Source: Azolla caroliniana
Lineage: Eukaryota > Plantae > Polypodiophyta
Direction of reading: 5' to 3'
NCBI GenBank assembly: GCA_043228905.1
Contig: JBHGNT010000006.1
Coordinates: 19,592,001 to 19,656,000 of the forward strand
DNA: 64,000 bases
The notes beneath the pieces are model-generated. The model was not told the origin of the DNA, searched no databases, and saw only the letters and a program-made list of their open reading frames with translations. The translations under genes were made by a program, and so were the position numbers. How positions within the stretch are numbered: the first letter of the stretch is position 1; each line of letters starts with the position of its first letter. Shown in pieces: positions 1 through 17,052 of the stretch.

Positions 1-1557
1 GGATGCAATGTGTAATCTGTCAATCCAAGAGCCATACGACGGATAGGTGCGAGTATAATTTGTTGAACTGGCAAGCACCGCCCGTCCGACAAATTGAGCC
101 ACACAGCAGCCGGGATGAAGAAGACGAACGCTGGCGGCGAATGGACCGCGACCGACCGGCACAGGATGTCCGGTATAGCGATCGACGGGAGAATGATGTC
201 CGGTACGGTGATCGACGGGATAACTATGACCGGCATGATCGGTACCGGGATTACAATAGCAGATACGAACATTACGACCGGGAGCACTCCCCCGAGTATC
301 GTCAGCAACGGGAGGAATACGGCAGATATAACGGGCAACCCCGTCAAGAGTACCGCAATAAGAAGGGCTATAACAAAAAACGGCATTTTAAAAAAGGCGG
401 CTACCCCCGGGATCCGGAACAAGGAGCTCCAAGCAGCTAACCGGTCCAAAACCCCGCGCGTACCGCAGGACCTGCCTCGGGTACAACAGACAATCCCGAA
501 TCTAGCAATACTCGGAAAGCCTACTACTACTACTGCCGACAGGAAGGCCATTATAGTAACCAATGCCCGGTGAAGAGCTATGAAAAACGACCGGCGGTAA
601 ATATGGTAGTCCCTGAGGTGGCAGATCTGCAGCAGGTGACCACAAGGTCGAAGGGCATGGCCAAGGAATGGGAGACGCAGGAGACCATCCAGAAACAAGC
701 AACAGAATGGGTAAAGAAAGCAAACTAGCAGAATGTCACAAACTTACAGCGGCAAAAGGAGAACACCGGAGGGCTTGCCGGTGGTAGTCACTCCGAGAAC
801 GACACATGGCAGGCATTGCAAGAATGCCAGATTACGTTGCCACTAGGAAGACTCCTACAACTCGTGCCAAGATTCACGGAAGGACTGAAGACGGCCATGA
901 CGGCAGGAGAACCATCACCGGCACCGGTACTCTTCTTGAATCCGGAGGAGGGACCAACGGTGGTGGACACCAGTAGTCCGGTAATCACGGCCATTGTAAA
1001 AGGGAAAGAACTCCCCGACATAGTTATAGACGGAGGCTCTGGGGTGAATGTAATAAGCCTCCGGACGTGTGATGCCCTAGGAATCCATGAGTGGGAGCCG
1101 TGTCCGTTCTGGTTGCAGATGGTCGATACAAGCTTAGTGCGGCCAATAGGATTAATACGGAAATTAGAAGTCACCGTCGGCGGTCATACATTTCACATCT
1201 CGGCAGTAGTACTACAATTACAGGCACAAGGCGCATACCCGCTATTGCTGGGGCAGCCATGGTTGAAAACGGCACATATCAAACAGAATTGGAGGAAAAA
1301 TATAATTACCTTCCGGCGAGGAAAAGCCAAGGTACGGGTACCAACACAACCAAGGACGAGCATTGGCAAGGAATGTACACCGTTGTATGCGGAATGCGTC
1401 AACATGCTAGAAGGGTTAGCTGACGAAGAAGAAGCTCAGTACTTGCAGGAAAACCCGAAAATCATACCCCTCTTCGAGATTGACATTGCCGAAGCAGTAG
1501 CACCATACTTACCGCAACCGAAAGAGGCTGAAGCAGAACCGGATAAAGACGCAATCC
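1..1557 (+). mobile_element. Ty3/gypsy gag (two zinc knuckles) and aspartic protease fragment, disrupted, cut by window start
   Basis: CVICQSKSHTTDRC knuckle at 3-50 and a second decayed knuckle near 520-570; protease IVIDGGSGVNVIS...YPLLLGQPWL in ORF 816-1613; stops/frameshifts between the segments. Confidence 0.85.
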
Positions 1558-2056
1558 GGTTCGAGATGTACGGAGAGCCAAGTGTGATGAGCGAGGGTCG
1601 AATGTTATCATAATGTTGTTGTGTATGTGTAGGGGGCATAAATGTAATTGTGAGTCGATACGTATGTGAACACATGCACACGTGTGTGCATGTGGATGGA
1701 TACAAGGAGGTATGAGTGAGTGTCCAGTATGAATGCTCTAGGGGGCTTACACCCCTTTGTATCTACCCCCTCTTGTACTATTTAACCCCCTTATGGGGAA
1801 TGAATGATGAATGAACATTTTCTCTCTCAATCTCTCTCTCTTGTCATCTCTCTTTCTCTCTCTCTCCCCCTCAACGTTGAATCCCCTTGGGAGGGGGGTG
1901 GAGCCATTCTAGGCACCACCCCCCACCCCGCAATGCTTCTCAATGCACATGATCTCTCTCGCCATCAATCCATACTCTCCATCATCATCATAACCACCAT
2001 GTCTATCTTTATCATGATTATCATCGTCCTTAACCCTAACCCTAAAACATATAACA
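1558..2056 (-). repeat. Solo LTR-like repeat (family X), copy 1
   Basis: Homologous along its length to 50168-51082 (cgagatgtacggagag...accctaaccctaaaac); on the minus strand it begins TGTTATATG; left and right flanks belong to different elements. Confidence 0.7.
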
Positions 2057-5000
2057 GTTACGACCTCCATGATATTGCACCGCCACCATAGGTGAAGATG
2101 TAGCTTGATGTCGATTTCCGATTATCTGTGTTTCCAGCGTAGTCGGAATCGTTGTAGCCTTTGACTTCGGTTGATGTTGTCGAACCAAATGTCAAATGTG
2201 CATCTGTGGTTCCTTTCAGATACCTAAGGATGTGCTTGACGGCCTCCCAATGCTTCTTTCTTGGGTTTGACATGTACCGGTTGACCACCCGTACAGCATA
2301 GGCTAGGTTGGGTCGGGTCGCCACCATTGTATTCATGATACTTCCTACTGCCGATGCGTAGGGTATATTTCCATTAAGCTCTCTCTCCTTGTCCACATCA
2401 GGAGAGTCTCTATCCAATAGTGTGATCGACGTCGGAAGCGGTGTCGATGCTGGCTTCGCATTCTCCATGTTGAAGCGCTTTAGCACCTTGTGGATGTAGT
2501 CGGATTGGGAGAGTCGGAGTGTCCTGGTCATTCGATTTCGCTCTATCCTCATGCCCAATATGTGTCGGGCTTGTCCTAGTTCCTTCATCGCGAATTTTGC
2601 GTGAAGGCTCCACTTGAGCTTTCCAATCTTTGCTTGATTGCTCCCCTGCAATCATCATGTCATCGACATAAAGGATCAAATAGATCCTGGACTCGTCGGC
2701 CAGTTGCCGAACATACATGCATGGATCGGAGTTTGATCTGTTGTATCCAAGCTACCTTATGTGGGAGTCGAACTTCTGGTATCACATTCTCAGCGCTTGT
2801 TTGAGGCCATATAGACTTTTCTTTAGTCGACATACGAGGTGACTGTCCTCCCCCATCGCCGTGAAGCCTGCCGATTGAGACATGTATATGTCTTCTTCCA
2901 TATCTCCATGTAGGAATGTCGTCTTTACGTCCATCTGTTCGAGCTCTAGGTCTTCTGTCGCTACGACTCCTAGTAGGAGTCGGAGGGTGGTCATCTTGAC
3001 TACTGGTGAGAATATCTCGTCGTAGTCAACCCCGTATTCCTGTTTGAATCCTTTCGCGACAAGCCGAGCTTTGTACTTGGGTTTCTCTGAGTCGGATACA
3101 TACTTGTATTGGAACACCCATTTGCAAGGCAGCGGCTTTCTTCCTGCTGGTAATTCGACCAGATCCCATGTCGGATTCTGATGAATCGAGTCCATTTCTG
3201 ATTTCATGGCTTGCAGCCATGTTTCGGCGTCCGGTGCGGCCATAGCTTCGTCATACGTGCTTGGTTCGCCTACATCCGTGTAATTGACGTAGTCGAGGCG
3301 TGGTTGATAAAACTTTGTTTTCCTTCGAGCTCATCTAGATCTCTGGGTTCTGTAATATCTGGTTCGGATTCTTCGATCGGTTCTTTTTTATGATTGGCAT
3401 TTGTTAAACCAGTTGAGTCATGAGTCATGTTCAGTATTCTGGCCCCGGTTTGGGATTTCGACGGTGTCTGATTGTTCTCCCCTGTGGTTGTCGTTGACTC
3501 GGTTTTGACTTGCCTCTTAGTGACTCTGCCTTTGTCGACTCTTGTCGATTCGGCTTTGTCTTTGAGTTCGACATTAGGACTTGTTGCCAATTTGGTGTTG
3601 GCAAGGAAGTTGGCAGTTTGTTGGAGTTCGACTGTTTGTCGAGTCTCCGATTCGGCCTGGTGGGTTATTCTTTCTATGATGACGTTTTCATCTTTGAAGG
3701 ATACCTTCTTGCCCACTGTTTTCTGTTGGTTCCATTGAGAGAAGATGGAGTCTTCATTGAAGACTACATCATTGCTCCGGATCAATTTCCGGTTCTCACC
3801 TCGATCGTTTGGTTGATCCGTTCAACCACCCCATTCTGCATGGGTGTGTAAGGAACGGTCTTTTGATGCCGGATCCCTTTTTCGGACAGGTACTGTTTGA
3901 AGGCTCTGGAGGTGTACTCACCTCCGTTGTCGGATCAGAGTGTCTTCACTCTGTGTCCCGACTGGTTCTCCACTTCAGATATCCATCGAGTGAAGACCTT
4001 GAGCGCTTCATCTTTGGACTTGATGGAGTATGCCCAAACTTTCCATGTACAATCATCTACGAATGTGATGAAGTACCGGGAGCCTCCTAGTGATCGCTCT
4101 GGCATGGGCCCACATATGTCTGTGTGCACGAGCTCTAGGGGTTGTTGTACCGTCTCGTAGTGGAGAGAGTGCGGACTTTGGGTCTATTTCCCGTATCGAC
4201 AATGCTCGGAGAAGTCCTTCTTTGCTTGGAGTTTCGGGATGTAGCCGACGGACATCAGCCGATCAAGCCTGGCTTGTGACATATGGCTGAGTCGGCCATG
4301 CCATAGTTCGGGTCGGTCTTTTCGGTTACGTTCACGCCCCCTTCAGGGTTGATCGCTATCAATGGGTACAGATTGTTGTGCTTGTACCCACTCTCAATTT
4401 TTAGGTTTCCCCGGCTGATCACCCATGTCGACTCGTGTAGAGTTGTTCGATACTCGTCTTTGGCTAACATAACGATGGAGACCAGACTCCTCTTTAGATC
4501 GGGTACGTGCCGAACTCGGTGTAGGGTTATTGTGTTTCCATTTGACAATTTGATGGGAACCTCTCCGGTTCCGGCTATCTTGCACTCCTGCCTGTTTCCT
4601 GGTCGGACTGTGCCGCTGGCGTCGACTGAATAGTTCGAGAACCATTCAACGTTGGGGGTCATGTGAAATGTGGCACCAGAGTCTAGTAGCCACGTGTGTG
4701 CAACTTGTACACTATAGAGGACTTCTCCGATCATTTCTCCGGATCGGGTGTCGGCAACAATGATCTGGTTGCCGACTGGAGAGTGGTCCGAGTCAGAACG
4801 TCCCCGATTCTACTCAGATCGCCGACCACTCTCTTTTCTTTTTATTGACCAGCAGTCGGAAACATTGTGAACAACTTTCCTGCAGTGTATGCAGTACTCA
4901 TTTGTTCGGCCCATTTTCGACTTCGACCGTTGTCGATCTCCCCTCGTTCTCGATCGACTATATCGTCGACCGGTTCTATCGGCTTGTTCTTTCGGTCGAC

Positions 5001-6041
5001 TCTGTCGGTTGAACGACTCAGTCAAGTGGTGGGCTTCTGCCGACTCGTCGATGGATAGTCCCATCGATTTTCGCTTGATGTCCTCTATGAGGACTTGGCC
5101 GGTTGTTTTGTCCAAATTCAGGATTGGTCGGCTATTGGCGTATGTCGTACAGAATAACTCCCAACCGCCGGCAAGCTCAATAGGAGGGCAAGGGCTTTCA
5201 CTTCTTGTTCGAAGTTGATCCCTTGGGACAAGAGCTTTGACAACACCCGGCTGAAGGTGTTGATGTGGGAGGTTGTCGGATCGGTCTCTTTCATCTTCAT
5301 GTTGAACAATTGTTTGATCAATATCAGTTTTGAAGATGCGGACTTGTTCTTATATACGGCCTGTAATTTCTCCCACAATGAGAACGCTATTGTCTGCCTT
5401 GCCATGTTGAAATAGACGTTTTCAACCAGATGCATTCGGATGGTGGAGCATGCTATTTCATCCATTGATCTCCACTCTTCTATTGTCATCGAAGCAGGCT
5501 TTTCATTATGCCGAATGGCTTCGACCTGTCTTCGGATAATCAGCACATCCTGCATCATCTCTTTCCACAGGGCAAAGTTTTTGCCGTCGAACTTTTTGAT
5601 TTCAACTCTTGTTCCGGATGTTGAAGCCATATTCTTTCTATGGATTTGATGTTTTTGACATGGTCTTTTCTTTCAGTTTCTTCTTCTGTTATCTATTGCC
5701 ACCGCACAGTAGAACACAGCTCTGATACCACTTGTTGGTTAATGTCGACAGTTATGCGGAAGTGTGTGTTTGAATCTTATGGCTATGAACAACAAACAAC
5801 ATACACACCGAAGATAGAGAAGGCAGATATAGACTTACACAGATACAAGCTTTAATGGAAAGCTTCTTATTTCTGTACAACGCGTTTCTCTCTCTCAGAG
5901 ATTACAATGCTTTGCTCGTCGTCTTCTTTCTCGTCACTCATTACAATGTTAGGTATTCGCTTATATACTAAGCCCTAACTTATTAACGAGTTCACACTCG
6001 AACAGATACAACTTGGAAGGAGTCGTCCTTTTATGCCAACA
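2057..6041 (-). mobile_element. Ty1/copia element family A (Tnt1/Tork-like), degenerate, 3' end lost
   Basis: 5' LTR 5733-6041 (TG...CA); PBS tggtatcagagc 5719-5730; gag 5118-5630 with CIHCRKVVHNVSDC; protease LLDSGAT; integrase HTDICGP; [12 protein letters not shown] and LYVDDM; RNase H start DSDYAG. Confidence 0.92.
5719..5730 (-). promoter_or_regulatory. Primer-binding site (tRNA-iMet)
   Basis: Reverse complement TGGTATCAGAGC lies 2 nt inside the LTR. Confidence 0.9.
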
Positions 6042-7979
6042 GTTTCTTGACCCGCCAAGCCAATCGATTCGGCTCCTTCGAATCGAACGCCTCTTCTAAA
6101 TCCGGTGCCTCCGATTCGTTCCAGCTCTTGTCTGAATTGACTGTCTCCAATTCATCCTCAATCTGTAGGCTCTTTACCCCATTATACCATGTCTGGTTTT
6201 TGGCCTTCTTCTTCCGGTCGACTCTGACCTTCTTGACTCTATTGCTGTCACCGCTTGTTCCAACTTGTTCGTATGTGCCGACTTGTTTGGATGTGCTGAC
6301 TTCTTCAATCGACTCAGCTCCCTTTTTCCTCTTGTCTCCCCCATTTCGGTTTCCTTCTCTCCGGCACCTCGTCCGGTGCCATTACCTGCCTTTCTGGTTT
6401 TTGTTCCAGTTCTCCCCCTCATGTGCGGCATGTCGAGATGTTGACGACCAAGCATCTTCGAAAAACACTACAACTTGTCAGTTCCAAGGGCCTTGGTGAG
6501 GATGTCGGCAACCTGTCGATCCGTTTGGACATACCGGAGTTCGACTTCACTGCTCAAGACCCGCTCACGCACAAAGTGATAATGTACTTCTATGTGCTTT
6601 GTCTAAACATGGAACACAAGGTTCTTGGCTAGCTGCATGCTGCGTATGTTGCCATAGTAGGTCGGGATCGGAGTCGGTACATTGATCTGGAGGTTTTGCA
6701 GCAGCCGCCATGGCCAGATGGCTTCACAAGTGGCAATGGTAGCGCCTTGATACTCAACCTCAGTGCTCGAAAGAACCACTGTCGGCTTCTTCTTGTTGCT
6801 CTACGCAATAGTCGTGCTACCAAGAGAAAACATATAATCGGAAGTGGGCCGACGATTCGATGCATTACCAGCCTAGTCGACATCCGTATATCAGACTACC
6901 TTTTCAGTTATACTGTGTCGGTATAATAGTCCCCAATCGTTAGTGCCGCTAACTTACCTCAGTGTTCGGTGCACGCACTGAAGGTGCTCCATGGTTGGCT
7001 TCTGCATGAATTGACTGATCGCTCCGAACAAATAGCTAATGTCGGGTCAGGGGATCATTAAATAAATAAGGCTTATGACAATTTGTCGGAACCATGTCTC
7101 GTTGCAGGCTGATCCGGAGTCCGGATGGAGCTTGAGATTCCGGTCCAATGGTGTGGAGATGGATCGGCAATCTGTCATGCCGAATTGGTATAGCATATTC
7201 AACACATAATGGCGTTGATATAACAATATGTTGTCGGGGGTATGGATCACTTCAATCCCAAGGAGGTAATGAAGGTCCCCCATGTCCTTCATTTCGAATG
7301 CATCCGACAACTAAGACTTTATTCGGCCGATTTCAGCAAGTCCGAGTCCGGTGATGACTAGATCATCCACATATAACAGGATACATATCGTACTATCCAG
7401 ATCTTTCCAGATGAACAGGGAAGAGTCCGACTTCAAGGCTGCAAACCTTATCCTATGCAACTGTTGCGTGATCTTTGAATTCCAAGCACGGGGGGCTTGC
7501 TTCAGTTTGTAAAGGAACTTTTTGAGTCAGCACACTATCGACTTGTTCATCTTCGATTGAAAACCAAGGGGTTGGATCATGTAGACCTGTTCTTTAAGGT
7601 CACCCTAAAGAAACGCATTCTTCACATCCATTTGGTGAAGATGCCATCCCCTTGCCGTAGCAATTGCTAGCACCACACGAACTATCGTCATCTTCACTAC
7701 CGGAGCGAAGGTCTCATAGTAGTTGATTCCATGGGTCTGCGCATATTCTTTCGCCACTAACCGGGCCTTGTACCGGTTGACCGAACCGTCGGCATTGTAT
7801 TTCACCTTGAACACCCATTTGCAGCCGATCGGTTTGCAGTGTCAAGGAGGGTCCACCAGGTCCCATGTGTCATCGGCATCGAGTGCCTTCATCTCTTCCT
7901 CCATTGTGGCATGTCAATTCACGTCTTTTGCCGCCTCTGTGTAGATCTCCAACTCACGGACTTCCGCTACCTTTGTCAT

Positions 7980-11388
<3,409 letters not shown>

Positions 11389-13054
11389 GTCATGTACGTA
11401 TAATGATGGGCCATGTACTCATTATACCCATACCAATTGACAAGGTTCTTTGGCGGGTTGATCGGTGTAACTTCTCGTTAGCCGATTTCAAGGCCCTCTT
11501 GACCGGTTCGGACTTCGTTCCCGGAGGTCCATCTTTGTTCTTTCCAGAGTCGGCCTTGCTCCAATCCGACTCTTCTCTTCCGATATCATACTCCCACATC
11601 TTCTTCTTCCCCTTCTCTTTGCGTGTGAACCGTCTCCATGTTTCCTTACGTTGGGAGAGCACAGTTGAGTCTTCGTTGCTCACTGGCTCATCATCGTGCT
11701 GGTTATTCCGACTGAGCTCTTCATTCGGCGCGCTCAGTCGGAATGAGATCAGACTCTCATCTAGAGTACTGAATCCTCCTCCTCCTTCCGCCCAGATCAT
11801 TTCGGGCTCATTGTCCTCATCTTCCGGAATCAGGTCGGAGTCGGTAGAGTGTACCATGATGCCAAGTCGTCAAACTCGACATCTCGGCTTACTCAAACTG
11901 TCTTTGTCCGAGGGTTGTAGCACTTGTACCCCTTCTACTCATGAGAGTAGCTGACCAATATGCACTTCTCCGACTTTGGGTCCAACTTCCTCCGCTTCTC
12001 ATCCGGTACATGCACATAGGCAATGCTACCGAATATCTTAAGGTACCTTAAATTCGGCTTGCGCCCGGAATATAGCTCATGTGCTGACACCTTATCCCCG
12101 ATCCAGTTTTGGATGTAAACGACCATTTAGCCCAGTAGGACTTGGGCATGCTCTTCTCTTCCACCATTGCCCATGCTGCCTCAACGATCGACTGGTCCTT
12201 TCTTTCGGCCACACCGTTTTGTTCTTGTGTGTATCAGAAGTTGAATTCCCTCCGAATTCCTTTATGTTGCAAATAACTGTTGAACTGCCTAGAAAAGTAT
12301 TCTTTTCCGCCATCCGACCGCAGACACTTGATCTTTCTCTCTGTTTCCAGTTCAACAAGACTTTGTAGGTTCCGGAAACAGTCGAAGACATCGCTTTTCT
12401 TCTCAATGAGAAAGATCCACGTGTGCCGGCTATAGTCGTCGATGAAGGAGACGAAGTATCGGCTCCTGCTAAGACTATCGGCTTCACAAATTTGGGCCTT
12501 CCGGCCACTAAATTTTGGCAATCCGAAAACAACATGTTTCGATTGTAGGTCTTGAAGCCTCTGATAGTTGACGTGGCCAATCCGCTTGTGCCATAAGTCA
12601 ATATCCGACTCAACCTTTTGACCCTTTGCAAATAAAGCGGTGCCAACGTAATTGTTGTCAAGGATGAACATCCTCCCGTCCCGGCGCCCTTGCATGATGA
12701 CTTGGCCCTCTTCCTCGATGAAGCACCCGAGGTGCGTAAACCGCACCTGCATCCTCTGGTTGATGATCTACCCGACCAAGACCAGGTTCTTTGTGATTGT
12801 TGGGGCGTGAATCACATTCATAAGCTTCCCTTTTTGTCCGTTCTTTCTTCGATCTGTTCTCTTTTCTAGAAGTTAGGTTTTTTCTTTGTTCTACTTCAGC
12901 TTTCTGTCGGTAGTAGAGGATTCTCAACCCTCACGCTCTAGTACCATGGAAAGAATTATGTGCGAAAGCTTGAAGACTTAACCGACTTCACCGGATGTTA
13001 ACAAAGAATATACACAAGTTTAATGGAAGCTTCAAACCACACACAGAAGAGTAC

Positions 13055-13118
<64 letters not shown>

Positions 13119-13416
13119 TATTAACGTCTTCTAAGGCCAAATTTGGCCCATGAGACAATTGGTTTACAACAAAAGAGTATTTATCCAATTATCATAACTA
13201 AAATAAAATTAAGTAAAAAATAGAACTTAAACTAAAAGAGTTCTAGTAGTGTACAATATGTAGTATACTCGAAAGTGACGATACACTAAGCCTAATTTTA
13301 TTTCCACCCAAGCCTCTCGAAAAGAAGTGGGGGGTCAAAGGGTCTTGATGTGGGTTCCAATGTAGAGAGTGCCCTAGCCATGGCTTCTAGGCAGTGTAGC
13401 TCATGTTCCCTTATTT

Positions 13417-16400
13417 TCAATATTGCTTCCACATCACGTCGAGTTGCTTTGAAACCCGGCACCCGAGGACGTCTGGTTCTTCTCTGGTTTTCTGCCTCAT
13501 CAATGGAAAGGCCGAGTGGTGCAAGTGTGTCGGCATTCGTTGTCTCCTCATGTTCCTGAAAACTTCATTTGTTACATGTTCGTGATCATTAGCAACATTA
13601 TTGTCAACATTTTGTAACTTATTCTCTCTGTGTTGTTTTAGCTCTAGAATGTATTTGCCTAATTTCTTTATATCTAGAGTATCTAATAGTTTGGGGAGGG
13701 TGGGAGACGAACCAAGTATGTCTTGGTATTTTGCCCTTATCTCGGCATAGGTTGGACACTTGCATGTAAAGTGGTACTCATCCTCTATCTCTATGTGACA
13801 TAACCTACATATCCTTTCCTCCCTAGGGACTCCACTAGTACGGCCATTCTCAATCTCAAGTTGGTGAGATGATATTCTAAGTTGTCCAATGGCAACCCTT
13901 AGTGCATGTGGTAAGAATACATCTAGATATTTTGGCCGCATGATAAAACTTAACTCAAAGAAGTGCATGAAGTGTTTCTTATAGTACAACATTTTAGATG
14001 GGAGTGGCTCTAGTGGCGTGATCCATTTACACCGAGTGTAAATTTGCCATATTTCTTGGCGTATTACTTTATTGCGGTCCTCATGAGAGATTAAAGTGTT
14101 ATCACTCGTGTGGTTGTACCTAAGGGGAGGTAGGTTATTAATGTCTAGACCATTCGCAAGAAGCCAACTCACCATCATGCCATACCATGAGCTAGTATAG
14201 CCGGACTCATACAATGATCGAGAGGCCTTAAAGGCTTGATGAGATATTCTATCATGTGGTTGGCTATGTATCCTGTGAATGAAGACTACAAGTTGAAAAA
14301 GTGCCTCTACTATCATTGGGGGTAACGTGAACTTAGCCCTAATAATGTCATGTGGTACAATCGATTTGCTTCGGAGTTGGCGTGATAGCATCATCACCAA
14401 TGGTCTCTCTAATTGTGTCCACATGAAAGATGGTAATCCTGGAGCCCAAACCGTTGATGCATACATGAGGGAGGGGGTCACTAATGAGTCAAAGAGCCAC
14501 CCTTTAGTCCGTGGCTCTTGAAAGTGTGCTTGGTGGCATTGTCTCTCTAAGAGTGAGAGGGATGCATGTCCTCTCGTGAGTCTATCCTTCGCTGCCTGTG
14601 TCATCGAAAATTTACCTAGCGGGCACTAAAAGTGACTCCGAGATAGACGTATGATCCAACCACCTCGACTAGGCTATGGGAGATAGTTAGGTGACACTTA
14701 GCTCTAACTTGGGCCGATGTGTGGAAGATAAGGACTTTCGTTTTCCCTAGATTCACTACCAATCCTCGTTGTACACAAAAGTCATCTAAGGCATTAAGGT
14801 GCCTTAGTAGGTCGTGTTCGGATTCAGAGAGCAAAACTATGTCATCCGTATAGAGCAAGATACGAACCTGCGTATCCCCAAGGACCACTCCGGTGCCTCC
14901 CTCACGAGCAATAAAATCTGTGATCTCATCAATGTAGATCCCAAAAAGCGTCGGTGATAGGGGGCAACCTTGTTTTACACCAATAGTGCTAGTGAAACGA
15001 TTAGATAGGCCACCTGGGCATCGGACACACCCGGACACTTGTTCATATAGTGCGTAGATGGCCCATACCATATCATCTGGTATCCTCAAGCTTTTAAGTC
15101 TATCAAACAACCGCTCTCTAGGGACTGTGTCAAAGGCTTTGCGGAAGTCCACAAAACAACAGTATAATTTCTTCTTGCGAGCCTTAGTTTGGTCAATTAG
15201 GCATCGAAGTGTGAAGATATGATCAATAGTGGAGAAGGCTCGTCTAAAGCCAGCTTGTTCAGGTGCACGAAGGTTTAGGGTCTCCATATAGTCGCTAAGC
15301 TCTGCTTCCATTACTGCACCATATAACTTAGCAAGGGTATGGCCTATCATAATGGTCCTATATGTATTTGGGTCCATGGGGTTCCCCCCTTTATGTATGG
15401 GGGCCACTGTATTCATAGTCCACTGTGGTGGAAAACCCTCCGCAAGGGCACGATTGAAGATTAGAGTTAGCAAGGGAGCTAGGCACTCTCTCGCATATAT
15501 AATGTGTTCTGCTCGCAATCTTGTGTGGTCCATGGACTTCCTATGTTGTAATTTATTTATGACTTTCACAACCCTAGAGGTCGTGAAAAGTGTCCCCGTG
15601 GTAGGCCAGGGTGTGGAAGGCATTGGAATGGGTGGTTGGTTTGGGATTTGGTAAAGTCTCTCTGTATATGTGTGCCAAGTTTCGGGATCTTCGATGGGTG
15701 TTTGTGGTCTTGGCTCCCGTAGTCTCTTCCATGCCGTGGCGCAATCGCTACTCATGAGCATATGGTAGAGTTCCCAGTATTGGGATGCCTCCCACGCTCA
15801 TCTCTTACGACGTGTCATCTTACGCATTTCTTTGCGGGCTTGTATGGAGGTAATACTACCATTGAGTTGCGATACTGTAAGTTGTCTATGTAAGTCCCTA
15901 CAATCCTCGTCATACCATTTATTTTGTGGCATTGATCCTGATCTACCTTGATTTGAGTGTTTTGTATATGGGAAACTGCTAGCTGCTGCGGAGTGAAGGA
16001 TGTGTGTGAGTTTTGTACTAAGGCTTTCTAACGGTAGGGAGGGATCAAGGGAGGGGAGATGGCCCTGAACATGTTGAGAGTATATGTCAGAGAGCTCATG
16101 TGTGAAATGTATTGTGGTGTGATGGCATGGTTGACTAGACTTGGTGACCTTAGAGATATCACATTTTAGCTCGAAGTATAAGAAACTATGGTCTGCGCCA
16201 ATAGGGCATGGGGCCACTCGGAAGGAGTTAATCATGTGGGTAGCTTCAGGGCACCCTATTAGATAGTCAACTGTGCTTTCCCCTCCTCCATGTGGGAAAC
16301 ATGTGAGCTCTTCCGAGCCCGGCCACTTAGCTAAACCATTATATATGACCATCCGGTGCCGACTGCCAAGTTCGAGCAGATGATGGCCAAAGCTCGTGGC

Positions 16401-17033
16401 GTCCGCGCCTTGATCCTTTGATCTACGTGTGGTGCCTATGTCTAAAGGATCAACATTTACCATTTCTAGGTTTCTATTCATCTGAAATATTGTGCATTGT
16501 CGGGATTGGGTTCTCACATTGAAGTCTCCTACAAGAAATACTTCTCCTTGGGAAGAATATCGGGTTATGTCATCCGATAGGGGTTCGTATGAAGAAGGCC
16601 CATGTGGCATTCCTTCATCAACTAATCTCGTCAAGCCACCAATATTATAACGGGATCCTTTTGGGGGAAAGTAACAAATGGCGAAAAATATTGCCTGGTC
16701 TTTGCTTGTGGAGACTTTCACCCACATAAAACGAGCTTATGGGTCTATCTTTATTATTTCTATCCTATTATGTAGCTCTCTACGAAATAGTATCGCGACA
16801 CCTCCAGATCCCCTAGTAGTGTGTCGACGTGAGGTTTGTCTAAAAGCGGACTCCCAACGGAATCCTTCGACCCGTGGGAGTCCTCTATTTGGGCTCTGAT
16901 GTGTTTCTACCAAGAAAAGTATATCAGATACCTTTAGTATCTCCTTTAGGCGGCCAGGGTGTGCCCAGAGTGCGCCATTACAATTCCATAGAGTCATCCT
17001 AAGTGCATTTTCTGTCACATGGGCCACACGCCG
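13417..17033 (-). pseudogene. LINE ORF2: AP endonuclease, reverse transcriptase, C-terminal CCHC finger
   Basis: TLWNCNG, LVETH, GDFNVR, TVDY, ADH (APE); EQAGFR, FVDFRKAFDTV, GVKQGCPLSP, LYTDD, YLG (RT); SSHQLEIENGR...CRLC...EDEYHFTCKCP; two in-frame stops (16737, 15798) and one frameshift (~14615). Confidence 0.9.
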
Positions 17034-17052
17034 TCAATTAGTAGTGCGATCA

